The notes under the pieces: generated by a model
Databases searched by the model: none
What the model was told of the DNA's origin: nothing
Seen by the model: the letters and a program-made list of their open reading frames with translations, nothing else
Part shown: one piece after another, positions 56,790 through 64,000 of the stretch
Position numbering within the stretch: position 1 is the stretch's first letter
How the letters are laid out: every line of letters starts with the position of its first letter
Source of the DNA: Candidatus Nomurabacteria bacterium RIFCSPLOWO2_01_FULL_41_18
GTDB taxonomy: Bacteria; Patescibacteriota; Minisyncoccia; Phycocordibacterales; UBA9973
NCBI GenBank assembly: GCA_001785865.1
Contig: MFUZ01000002.1
Location: 22,128 to 86,127, forward strand
DNA: 64,000 nt
Direction of reading: 5' to 3'
Program-made: the position numbers and the translations under genes

Positions 56790-58816
56790 AATAAAATATA
56801 ATCTATTGTTTTTCGTTCCAAATCAACCCCTTTTACTTTTATTTTGACTTTATCTCCTAATTTATATTTCTTTTTTCTCTTTTGTCCGACCAATTCCAAT
56901 TTTTTCTCATTGAAAATATAAAAGTCGTCTTTCATATCTCTCACTCGCACCAAGCCTTCGCATTTTGTTTCTGTTTCTTCCACATAGATGCCCCATTCTG
57001 TGATTCCACTTATTACTCCTTCAAAACTTTCACCTGTGCGTTTTGACATATATTCCACCTGTTTGTATTTTATAGAAGCTCGTTCAGCATCTGATGCACG
57101 TTTTTCCTGTTCGGAAGAAATTCGCGCAGTCTTTTCATATTCTAACAAATGTTCTTTACTTACTTTTTTCCCAGACAAATAATCAGTGAGAAGTCTGTGT
57201 ACTATTATATCTGGATACCGCCTAATAGGAGAAGTGAAATGTGTATAATATTCAAATGCCAGACCATAATGCCCGATGTTCTTTGTGGAATAAATCGCTT
57301 TCGCCATTGACCTGATGACTGCTCTATTTACTGTTCCTTCTTCATTTTTACCCTCTAATTTTTTTAGAAGTTTATTTATTTCATGACTTGAAATAATTCC
57401 GTTTACCAAAGATATTTTATGTCCTAAACTTCGCAAAAAATATGCGAGGTCTGCCATTTTTTCTTTACTTGGAAGATCATGAATGCGATAAAGAGAAAGA
57501 TTTTTGGAAAGTATTTCAGCAACTTTTTTGTTTGCCAAAAGCATGAATTCTTCAACTAGTCTATTTGAATCACCGCGTTCTTTGGTGATGACTTTTATCG
57601 GCACTCCCGTAGGGTCTAAAACAAATTTTACTTCTTCTTGCTCGAGCGATATGGCACCATTTTTAAATCTTTCAGTGGTTAAGAGTTTTGCTAAATTATT
57701 TAAAATTGCTAATTCTTTGTGTAGGGGATCGCCAGTCTTTTTGATTGCCTCGCCCGTGGCCGGTCTATGGCCGAGGGATTCTTCTGCCTCTTCATAAGTA
57801 AATCTTTTCTGCGAATGTATTACTGTGCGTCCGTACCACTCGCTTTTTACTTTTGCATTTTTATCAATAACAAAAACTGCGCTCATGGTGAGTCTGTCTT
57901 TATTTGGCACCAGGCTACACAAATCATTTGAAAGTTCTTCTGGAAGCATGGGTATGGTTCTGTCTACTAGGTATACCGAAGTTCCACGCTCACGTGCCTC
58001 CTTATCAAGAGCACTACCCACCTTTACATAGTGCGAAACGTCGGCGATGTGGATGCCTATTTCGAAAACCTCATCCCCCGCCTTCCCCTGGAAAGGGGAA
58101 GGGGCTTTCCCCCTCTCCTCTCCAGGAGAGGGTTGGGGTGAGGTTATTCTCCTAAAAGAAATCGCATCATCAAAGTCTTTTGCATCTGCTGGATCAATGG
58201 TAAAGGTTAAAATTTTTCTAAAATCACGGCGTCCCGCATAATCACTTTCTTTTATGCCACCCTTTTTTATTTCTTCTGCTTCTCTGTATACTTTTTCTGG
58301 TAATTTTGAATCAAACCCTTTTTCTATTGCGATGGCGTGCATTTCCGCGTCATTATCTCCAGGTGTGCCTAAAATTTTAGTTACTTTTCCTTCTGGAGCT
58401 TTGCGAGGGTCCGTCCAAGAGACTATTTCTGCAAAAACTTTCTGTCCAGCTTTGGCCCCGTTCAACATATTTTCAGGAATTAAAATATCCGTATACATTT
58501 TCGTATCGTCAGGTTTTAAGAAGAACATGCTACCTTGTAATTCCAAAACTCCAGCAAAACCAATTTTTGCCCGAGAAATTATTTTTGATACTTCTGCTGT
58601 CTGCCTATTTTTTCCTTTTGGATGCAGAACAATCTCTACAGTGTCTCCATGCAGTGCAGTATTGAGGTGTTTTGAATCAATTTCTGGATCCTGATTATTA
58701 TTTTTTCCCTGCCTACCGGCAGGCAGGTCGCCAACAGCTACATATCCTGTTCCTTTTGAAGTAATGGATATAATACCCTCTAATCTGTTGCTGGGGTTAT
58801 TTTTTGAGTTTTTCAC
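56786..58816 (-). CDS. rnr: ribonuclease R (RNB family 3'-5' exoribonuclease with C-terminal S1 domain), carrying an in-frame repeat insertion
   Basis: Cold-shock-like N-terminus, an RNB domain with 'DDAISF...GIHIADVSHYV', and a C-terminal S1 domain 'GVISGITEWGIYVE'. Confidence 0.9.
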   Translation of the reverse strand: MKNSKNNPSNRLEGIISITSKGTGYVAVGDLPAGRQGKNNNQDPEIDSKHLNTALHGDTVEIVLHPKGKNRQTAEVSKIISRAKIGFAGVLELQGSMFFLKPDDTKMYTDILIPENMLNGAKAGQKVFAEIVSWTDPRKAPEGKVTKILGTPGDNDAEMHAIAIEKGFDSKLPEKVYREAEEIKKGGIKESDYAGRRDFRKILTFTIDPADAKDFDDAISFRRITSPQPSPGEERGKAPSPFQGKAGDEVFEIGIHIADVSHYVKVGSALDKEARERGTSVYLVDRTIPMLPEELSNDLCSLVPNKDRLTMSAVFVIDKNAKVKSEWYGRTVIHSQKRFTYEEAEESLGHRPATGEAIKKTGDPLHKELAILNNLAKLLTTERFKNGAISLEQEEVKFVLDPTGVPIKVITKERGDSNRLVEEFMLLANKKVAEILSKNLSLYRIHDLPSKEKMADLAYFLRSLGHKISLVNGIISSHEINKLLKKLEGKNEEGTVNRAVIRSMAKAIYSTKNIGHYGLAFEYYTHFTSPIRRYPDIIVHRLLTDYLSGKKVSKEHLLEYEKTARISSEQEKRASDAERASIKYKQVEYMSKRTGESFEGVISGITEWGIYVEETETKCEGLVRVRDMKDDFYIFNEKKLELVGQKRKKKYKLGDKVKIKVKGVDLERKTIDYILL
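58068..58145. repeat. family-1 nested palindrome inserted in-frame in rnr next to the RNB catalytic Asp motif (encodes RRITSPQPSPGEERGKAPSPFQGKAGDE)
   Basis: AACCTCATCCCC...CCTTCCCCTGGAAAGGGGAAGG...CCCTCTCCTCTCCAGGAGAGGG...GGGGTGAGGTT. Confidence 0.8.
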
Positions 58817-58881
58817 CTAGTTAATATAGCATAAAAATTGAAATACATTGCCTTTTTTGTAATTTATGTTAAGCTGAGACC

Positions 58882-59202
58882 ATGTTAAAAATAAGATTAC
58901 AGAGAATAGGAAGAAAGAACGATCCGGCTTTTCGCGTGGTTTTGACTGATTCTAAAAACAGCACCAAGAGCGGAAGATTTTTGGAAATACTCGGCACTTA
59001 CAATCCAAAGGTTTTAGACAAGAAACTTAGAGTAAGTTTTGCCGATGACAGGATAAAACACTGGCTTTCTAAGGGAGCGAAGCTTTCTGATACTATGCAC
59101 AACTTTTTGGTGCAAAATAAAGTAATAGAAGGTAAAAAAGTGAATGTTTTACCAAAGAAAAAGCCAACAGTCGCAAGGAAAGAATTAAAAGCAAAGAAAT
59201 AA
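58882..59202 (+). CDS. rpsP: 30S ribosomal protein S16
   Basis: 'MLKIRLQRIGRKNDPAFRVVLTDSKNSTKSGRFLEILGTYNP'. Confidence 0.9.
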   Translation: MLKIRLQRIGRKNDPAFRVVLTDSKNSTKSGRFLEILGTYNPKVLDKKLRVSFADDRIKHWLSKGAKLSDTMHNFLVQNKVIEGKKVNVLPKKKPTVARKELKAKK

Positions 59203-59204
59203 TT

Positions 59205-59261
59205 CACCTCACCCGGCCATTGGCCACCCTCTCCTGTCAGGAGAGGGGCTGGGGGTGAGGT
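59205..59261. repeat. family-1 nested palindrome (CACCTCACCC..GGCCATTGGCC..CCCTCTCCTGTCAGGAGAGGG..GGGGGTGAGGT) after rpsP
   Basis: The outer 10-bp inverted repeat encloses two perfect inner palindromes. It probably acts as a terminator. Confidence 0.8.
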
Positions 59262-59357
59262 TCTTGTTGCGATAAAATTTTATTTAGTTATAATACAAGA
59301 AGCAGTTACGTCGGAACACTGCATGATTTATTAAGGTAAGTAATATTTATAAAAGTT

Positions 59358-59702
59358 ATGGAAAACGATGCAGACAAGGTATTTTTGGAGTATGTAGTCA
59401 AGGCGCTAGTAGACAATCCTAATGACATAAAGATCGATCGCACAGTGGATGAAATGGGAGTGCTTATCACTCTCACTGTCAACCCAGCGGACATGGGCAA
59501 GATTATCGGCAGAATGGGCAACACCGCGAAAGCAATTCGCACCCTACTTAGAATCATCGGCATGAAGAACAATGCTCGGGTAAATTTGAAAATCAATGAG
59601 CCGGAAGGAAGCACTCGACCAGAGCGCCCAATGGGCTCGGCTAGCGCTCCAAGCTCGCTCAAGACCGTGGATCAAGCAATGGAAGACTTGAAGGGGATAT
59701 AA
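59358..59702 (+). CDS. KH-domain RNA-binding protein (UPF0109/YlqC-like)
   Basis: 'VKALVDNPNDIKIDRTVDEMGVLITLTVNPADMGKIIGRMGNTAKAIRTLL', in the conserved position between rpsP and trmD. Confidence 0.7.
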   Translation: MENDADKVFLEYVVKALVDNPNDIKIDRTVDEMGVLITLTVNPADMGKIIGRMGNTAKAIRTLLRIIGMKNNARVNLKINEPEGSTRPERPMGSASAPSSLKTVDQAMEDLKGI

Positions 59703-59710
59703 AATAAGAA

Positions 59711-60364
59711 ATGCGTTTTCATGTAGTTACTATTTTTCCGGAGATGTTCGATTCTTATCTGAAGGAGTCTATTTTAGGGCGGGCAATAAAAGATAAAAAG
59801 ATTTCTATAAAGTTCTATAATCCTAGAGACTTTATTAAAGCACCTAAAAATAATTACAAGCCAGTAGACGATAAACCTTACGGAGGTGGGCCGGGTATGG
59901 TGATGAAAGCCGAGCCACTGCTCAAAGCAGTGGCGAAGGCCCTCGGCATAGCGAAGGGCAAAAAAGTAAAGATTATTTTGTTTTCAACTTCCGGGAAAAA
60001 GTTTGAAACAAGTTATGCAAAAAAAATAATTAAACAAAAATATACTGACATCGTTTTAATTTCTGGACGCTATGAAGGCATAGATGCTAGGGTGCAGAAA
60101 ATTCTCAAAGCAGAAGAGATTTCAATAGGGGATTATGTGCTGACAGGTGGGGAGCTTCCAGCTATGGTTTTAATAGATTCCATTTCTCGCCAGATTCCGG
60201 GAGTTTTAGGAAAATATGAATCACTAGAAGAAGAAAGAGTCTCAAGTAGTGAAGTTTACACTCGTCCAGAAGTTTTAAAATACAAAGGTAAAAATTATAA
60301 AGTTCCAAAAGTCTTGCTTTCCGGAAATCATGCTAAAATCAACGAATGGAAGAAAAAGAAGTAA
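59711..60364 (+). CDS. trmD: tRNA (guanine37-N1)-methyltransferase TrmD
   Basis: 'MRFHVVTIFPEMFDSYLKESILGRA', a SPOUT fold, and 'ISIGDYVLTGGELPAMVLIDSISR'. Confidence 0.9.
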   Translation: MRFHVVTIFPEMFDSYLKESILGRAIKDKKISIKFYNPRDFIKAPKNNYKPVDDKPYGGGPGMVMKAEPLLKAVAKALGIAKGKKVKIILFSTSGKKFETSYAKKIIKQKYTDIVLISGRYEGIDARVQKILKAEEISIGDYVLTGGELPAMVLIDSISRQIPGVLGKYESLEEERVSSSEVYTRPEVLKYKGKNYKVPKVLLSGNHAKINEWKKKK

Positions 60365-60370
60365 AAATAT

Positions 60371-61042
60371 ATGAATGAATTTCAATCACAGAATCCTGAC
60401 TTATTTAATCCTTATCAAGTAATTAATGAAGGAGATATAATTCCAGGTATTAAGCCCCCACTCCCTTTAGAGTCTAGAGAATTTTATAAGAAAATACGTC
60501 CGTCTGGCGAAGATGGTGTAGCTAGAGATATAAAAAGGGGAATACCAGAAAATGTTAAATTGAGAGAATTTTTTACACCATTTGTCGGACAAATCATTGT
60601 AGATATAGGACCCGGAGATACAATAACTGGTTATGAGATAGCATTACTTTCGAGTGCTAATTCGTATGTTGGAGTTGAACCTTATTATTTTACTGAATGT
60701 GTAATTAAATTTACCAAACAGAATTTAGATTCTTTAAGAAAAAAATCAGCAAGAATTCCTCACACAATAGTTGAAGCAGATGCTTTAAGTTTTTTGAGAC
60801 GGTTGCCTGACAGAAGTGTCAGTTTGTTTGCCAGCCAGTTAGAGGGAGTTATGAAAGAAGAATATAGGATTGACGTAGAAAAAGAAATTCAAAGAGTTTT
60901 ACATCCGCAAGGTGCATTTATAGGGTATGATTCCAAATTGAGTTTAGATAGGAATACGTTCCAATATGATTTATTTGACAAAGAATCAAGTGATGATGCG
61001 GGTTTGTATTTCCAATTAGAAAAATATAAGTTAAAAACTTAA
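60371..61042 (+). CDS. hypothetical protein, class I SAM-dependent methyltransferase-like
   Basis: 'VDIGPGDTITG' could be motif I, 'VGVEP' motif II, and 'LHPQGAFIG'. This is a weak assignment. Confidence 0.4.
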   Translation: MNEFQSQNPDLFNPYQVINEGDIIPGIKPPLPLESREFYKKIRPSGEDGVARDIKRGIPENVKLREFFTPFVGQIIVDIGPGDTITGYEIALLSSANSYVGVEPYYFTECVIKFTKQNLDSLRKKSARIPHTIVEADALSFLRRLPDRSVSLFASQLEGVMKEEYRIDVEKEIQRVLHPQGAFIGYDSKLSLDRNTFQYDLFDKESSDDAGLYFQLEKYKLKT

Positions 61043-61097
61043 TTTCTAACCCATGATGTTTATCTAATAATTCCGCATATGCTAGAATATTGGATAT

Positions 61098-61703
61098 ATG
61101 AAAAAATATGAGTATAAGGAAAGGCTAAAAGATTTTTTAAATTCTGACACTAAAGGGGCAAAAATTGCCGTGGTTGCTCTTTGTGTATTAGCTGTTGCTT
61201 CAGTACCTATAATTGTGATTGGGGTAGGAGCTTTGGGTAATGCAGTGCAAGTATTTAAAATGTTCAAGGGCTCCAAAGAATATTCCAATAAGCAAATCAG
61301 TAGCGTTATTTACAGCATGAAGCGTCAAAAGCTTATAGAATATATATACGACAAGAATGGAAAAACTATAGTAAAAATTACTAAAAAAGGAGAAAGTAGA
61401 TTAAGAGCTTTCGATATTGATCTTATGAAGATCAACAAGCCCAAAAGATGGGATGGCAAATGGAGATTGGTAATGTTTGATATTCCCATGAGATTTACAA
61501 AAGGGCGAGAAGCCCTACGACATCACTTGAAAGAACTAAATTTTTTCCAATTTCAAAAATCTGCTTGGGTTTGTCCCTACCCCTGTGAAGATGAAATAAT
61601 ATTTATCGCTGATTTCTTTGGAATAGGGAAGTATGTGGAAGTTTTGACTGCAGAAAGTATTTTAAGAGATGAAAAATTAAAGAAACATTTTCATTTGTCT
61701 TAA
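61098..61703 (+). CDS. hypothetical membrane-anchored protein with PaaX-C/Cas2-fold-like C-terminal domain
   Basis: An N-terminal TM helix, and 'WDGKWRLVMFDIPMRFTKGREALRHHLKELNFFQFQKSAWVCP', which resembles the PaaX C-terminal / Cas2-like fold. Confidence 0.4.
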   Translation: MKKYEYKERLKDFLNSDTKGAKIAVVALCVLAVASVPIIVIGVGALGNAVQVFKMFKGSKEYSNKQISSVIYSMKRQKLIEYIYDKNGKTIVKITKKGESRLRAFDIDLMKINKPKRWDGKWRLVMFDIPMRFTKGREALRHHLKELNFFQFQKSAWVCPYPCEDEIIFIADFFGIGKYVEVLTAESILRDEKLKKHFHLS

Positions 61704-61942
61704 ATCTATCCCTTATCCAAAATCCTAGCATATGCACAAAAATTGGATATTAGGAATAGAAAACCTTCTTGTTTTTAATAATCCCCAACGTGTATTTGAC
61801 AAAAAAAGGGAAATAGAGTAGGGTGAATAGGATTCATTGATTGAGTATCGGATGCAATCTTGGTTGTCTATTACCAGGTTTTTAACTTAATCATCTAAAT
61901 AAATTTAGAAAACTAAGGAACTTAGTGACTGTAGTTTTCTTA

Positions 61943-61979
61943 TCCCTCACTTGCAATCAAGTGAGGGATGGGATTTTTA
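61943..61979 (+). terminator. hairpin + T-run (TCCCTCACTTG-CAAT-CAAGTGAGGGA TGGGATTTTTAT) in the rpoB leader; attenuator-like
   Basis: An 11-bp perfect stem followed by TTTTT, 30 nt upstream of the rpoB start. Confidence 0.45.
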
Positions 61980-62007
61980 TAATCACTTCGTTCTTTAAAA
62001 ATCACTC

Positions 62008-64000
62008 ATGCATACGATAAGCAGTCGTCCCAAGAAGTATTTTTCCAGATATAAAAAGCCTTTAACCGAATTTCCAAATCTGATCGAAGCTCAGATGAAG
62101 TCTTTTGACTGGCTGGTGAAAACCGGCATTGGAGAAGTTTTCAAAGAATTCTCTGCCATCAGCGATTACTCAGCAAAAAAGTTTCAGCTTGAATTCACAT
62201 CTTATTCCTTGGGTGAGTCCAAGACTGGAGAAAATGACTCAAAAATAAACAAACTATCCTATCAAGGATTGCTGAAAGCTCGGGTAAAATTGACTAATAA
62301 AATTTTAGGTACGGTAAAGGAGCAGGAGATCTTCATGTCCGAATTTCCTCTGATGACTGCGCACGGAACTTTCATCATAAACGGAGTAGAGCGCGTCATT
62401 GTGCCACAGCTCGCTAGGAGCTTCGGGGTTTTCTTTACTGAATCAGAAAGTAAAGGAAATAGATATTTCGGCGCTAAAATCATTCCTGCCCGCGGAGTTT
62501 GGATCGAAATAGAGTCGGAATCAGATGGTGCGATCTATGTGCGCATAGACAAGAAACGAAAATTTCCTGCCACAGCGCTCTTGCGAGCGCTCGGCTATGA
62601 GAGCAATGAAGCTATACTGAAGGCTTTTTCCTCTAGTCCCATTTTCGAGGAGACGATCAAAACTTGCCTTTCTAAGGACGGAGTCAAAAGCGTGAGCGAT
62701 TCATATATTGAAATTTACAAGCGCCTTCGAGACGGGGATATGGCCACTGCCGAAAATGCAAAGGAGTTCATCAATTCTCTATTTACCGCAGAGAGATATG
62801 ATCTTTCTCCGGTCGGCCGTTTTAGATTCAATAAACGCTTTGATAAGGCTACTGATGAGGCTTCACTAGCCAGGAGGACCATATCCAAGGACGATCTAGT
62901 GACAGTGATCATGCATATCATCACCTTGAACAACACTCCAGACGCGAAGAGCGACGACATAGACCATTTGGGTCAGAGGCGTGTGCGATTTGTAGGTGAA
63001 ATCTTGCAACAGAAAGTACGCACCGGAATGATGCAGATCAAGAGAAACATCCAAGACAGAATGTCGATTATCGATGTGGATACGGCGATGCCGATTGCGA
63101 TCATCAACCAGCGCCCGCTCCAAGCCCGTATCAAAGAATTTTTTACCACCAACCAGCTCTCTCAATTCATGGCGCAAGAGAATGTGCTTTACGAAATAGA
63201 GCATTTGCGTACACTCTCCGCGCTCGGACCAGGCGGTCTCACTCGCGAGCGAGCTGGTCTAGAAGTCCGCGATGTGCATCCTTCCCACTATGGGCGAGTC
63301 TGCCCGATTCATACGCCGGAAGGCCCGAACATCGGACTCATCTTACACCTTTCGACTTACGCCAAGATAAATGAATTTGGAATTATCGAAACTCCATACA
63401 TCAAAGTCAAAAATGGAAAGCTGACCAACGAAGTCGTGTATCTAAATGCGCTGGAAGAGGAAAAATACAACATCGCTCATGCAGGAATTCCTTATGACTC
63501 TAATGGAAATATAACCGAAGAAAAAGTAGAAGCCAGGATCAAGACCGAACCGGGCGCAGTCAGCAAGAAAGAAGTGGATTTTATCGACGTTGCTCCAAAC
63601 CAGGCCTTTTCCGTGGCGACTTCGATGATTCCGTTTTTGGAACACAACAACGCGAATCGGGCGCTCATGGGATCAAACATGCAGAAGCAGGCTGTGCCGT
63701 GCGTATTGCCAGAAGCTCCGCTTATTGCGACAGGAATGGAAGAAATGGCGGCGCGATATTCAGGCAGATTGATCGTGTCCGAAGAGGATGGCGTCGTTTC
63801 TTACTTGGATGCCAAGAAGATCACAGTCAAAGGAAAATCTGAAAAAGCTTCGAAGACGTATGATCTCGTCAATTTCATGAGGAATAACAACTTTGCTGTG
63901 TTTCATCAGCGTCCACTCGTCAATGTCGGCGACAAGGTAAAGAAGGGCGATGTCTTGGCGGATACGAGCAGTACAGTAGGCGGGCAAATTTCTCTCGGTC
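62008..64000 (+). CDS. rpoB: DNA-directed RNA polymerase subunit beta (N-terminal about 660 aa; continues beyond window)
   Basis: 'MHTISSRPKKYFSRYKKPL...FPNLIEAQMKSFDWL', 'GTFIINGVERVIVPQLARS', 'RVCPIHTPEGPNIGLI' and 'ANRALMGSNMQKQAVP', with no stop before the window end. Confidence 0.95.
   Translation, partial: MHTISSRPKKYFSRYKKPLTEFPNLIEAQMKSFDWLVKTGIGEVFKEFSAISDYSAKKFQLEFTSYSLGESKTGENDSKINKLSYQGLLKARVKLTNKILGTVKEQEIFMSEFPLMTAHGTFIINGVERVIVPQLARSFGVFFTESESKGNRYFGAKIIPARGVWIEIESESDGAIYVRIDKKRKFPATALLRALGYESNEAILKAFSSSPIFEETIKTCLSKDGVKSVSDSYIEIYKRLRDGDMATAENAKEFINSLFTAERYDLSPVGRFRFNKRFDKATDEASLARRTISKDDLVTVIMHIITLNNTPDAKSDDIDHLGQRRVRFVGEILQQKVRTGMMQIKRNIQDRMSIIDVDTAMPIAIINQRPLQARIKEFFTTNQLSQFMAQENVLYEIEHLRTLSALGPGGLTRERAGLEVRDVHPSHYGRVCPIHTPEGPNIGLILHLSTYAKINEFGIIETPYIKVKNGKLTNEVVYLNALEEEKYNIAHAGIPYDSNGNITEEKVEARIKTEPGAVSKKEVDFIDVAPNQAFSVATSMIPFLEHNNANRALMGSNMQKQAVPCVLPEAPLIATGMEEMAARYSGRLIVSEEDGVVSYLDAKKITVKGKSEKASKTYDLVNFMRNNNFAVFHQRPLVNVGDKVKKGDVLADTSSTVGGQISLG

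Noticed and set aside
59306-59662. 118-aa minus-strand ORF
   Set aside because: It is antisense to the KH-domain gene, which is in the conserved rpsP-KH-trmD context.

Overview
This AT-rich 64-kb window is bacterial chromosome that looks like a reduced-genome Candidate Phyla Radiation (Patescibacteria) lineage. The evidence is short PheS/PheT, a short SMC with a CxxC motif, an Ndk with an internal insertion, several fused housekeeping proteins, and a type IV pilus locus next to ComFC. Code 11 appears to apply, since TGA terminates several well-supported genes. Content is mostly core: infC-rpmI-rplT, smpB plus tmRNA, ftsH, recG, ligA, truB, pheST, gyrB, thrS, rpmF, nusB, rnc, smc, rnr, rpsP-KH-trmD, the start of rpoB, and a complete T4P gene set. 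The main finding is that two families of short nested-palindromic repeats pervade the window. Family 1 is GA/CT-rich stem-loops with ACCTCACCCC...GGGGTGAGGT ends, present at 13 or more loci. Family 2 is a roughly 60-90 bp palindrome that encodes the peptide -NSSAFLQPSAGTFR-. Both families sit in intergenic spacers, but they also sit in-frame inside intact essential genes, which parallels the Rickettsia palindromic elements. Family 2 is in ligA, truB, pheS and pheT. Family 1 is in ligA, rnr, recG, pheT and the leader peptide of a pilin. Other notable items: a tRNA locus where a small GIY-YIG nuclease gene lies between truncated or decayed tRNA copies, all interrupted at the same D-loop position by a 29-nt double hairpin; a class II tRNA with an apparent ACU anticodon and a tRNA with a UAU anticodon; and domain fusions (SF2 helicase with sigma-70 region 4 HTH, NusB with NUDIX, DD-carboxypeptidase with CapA, UvrD helicase with a PD-(D/E)XK nuclease and Cys cluster). 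No CRISPR array, intact transposase, or defence-system pattern was recognised.
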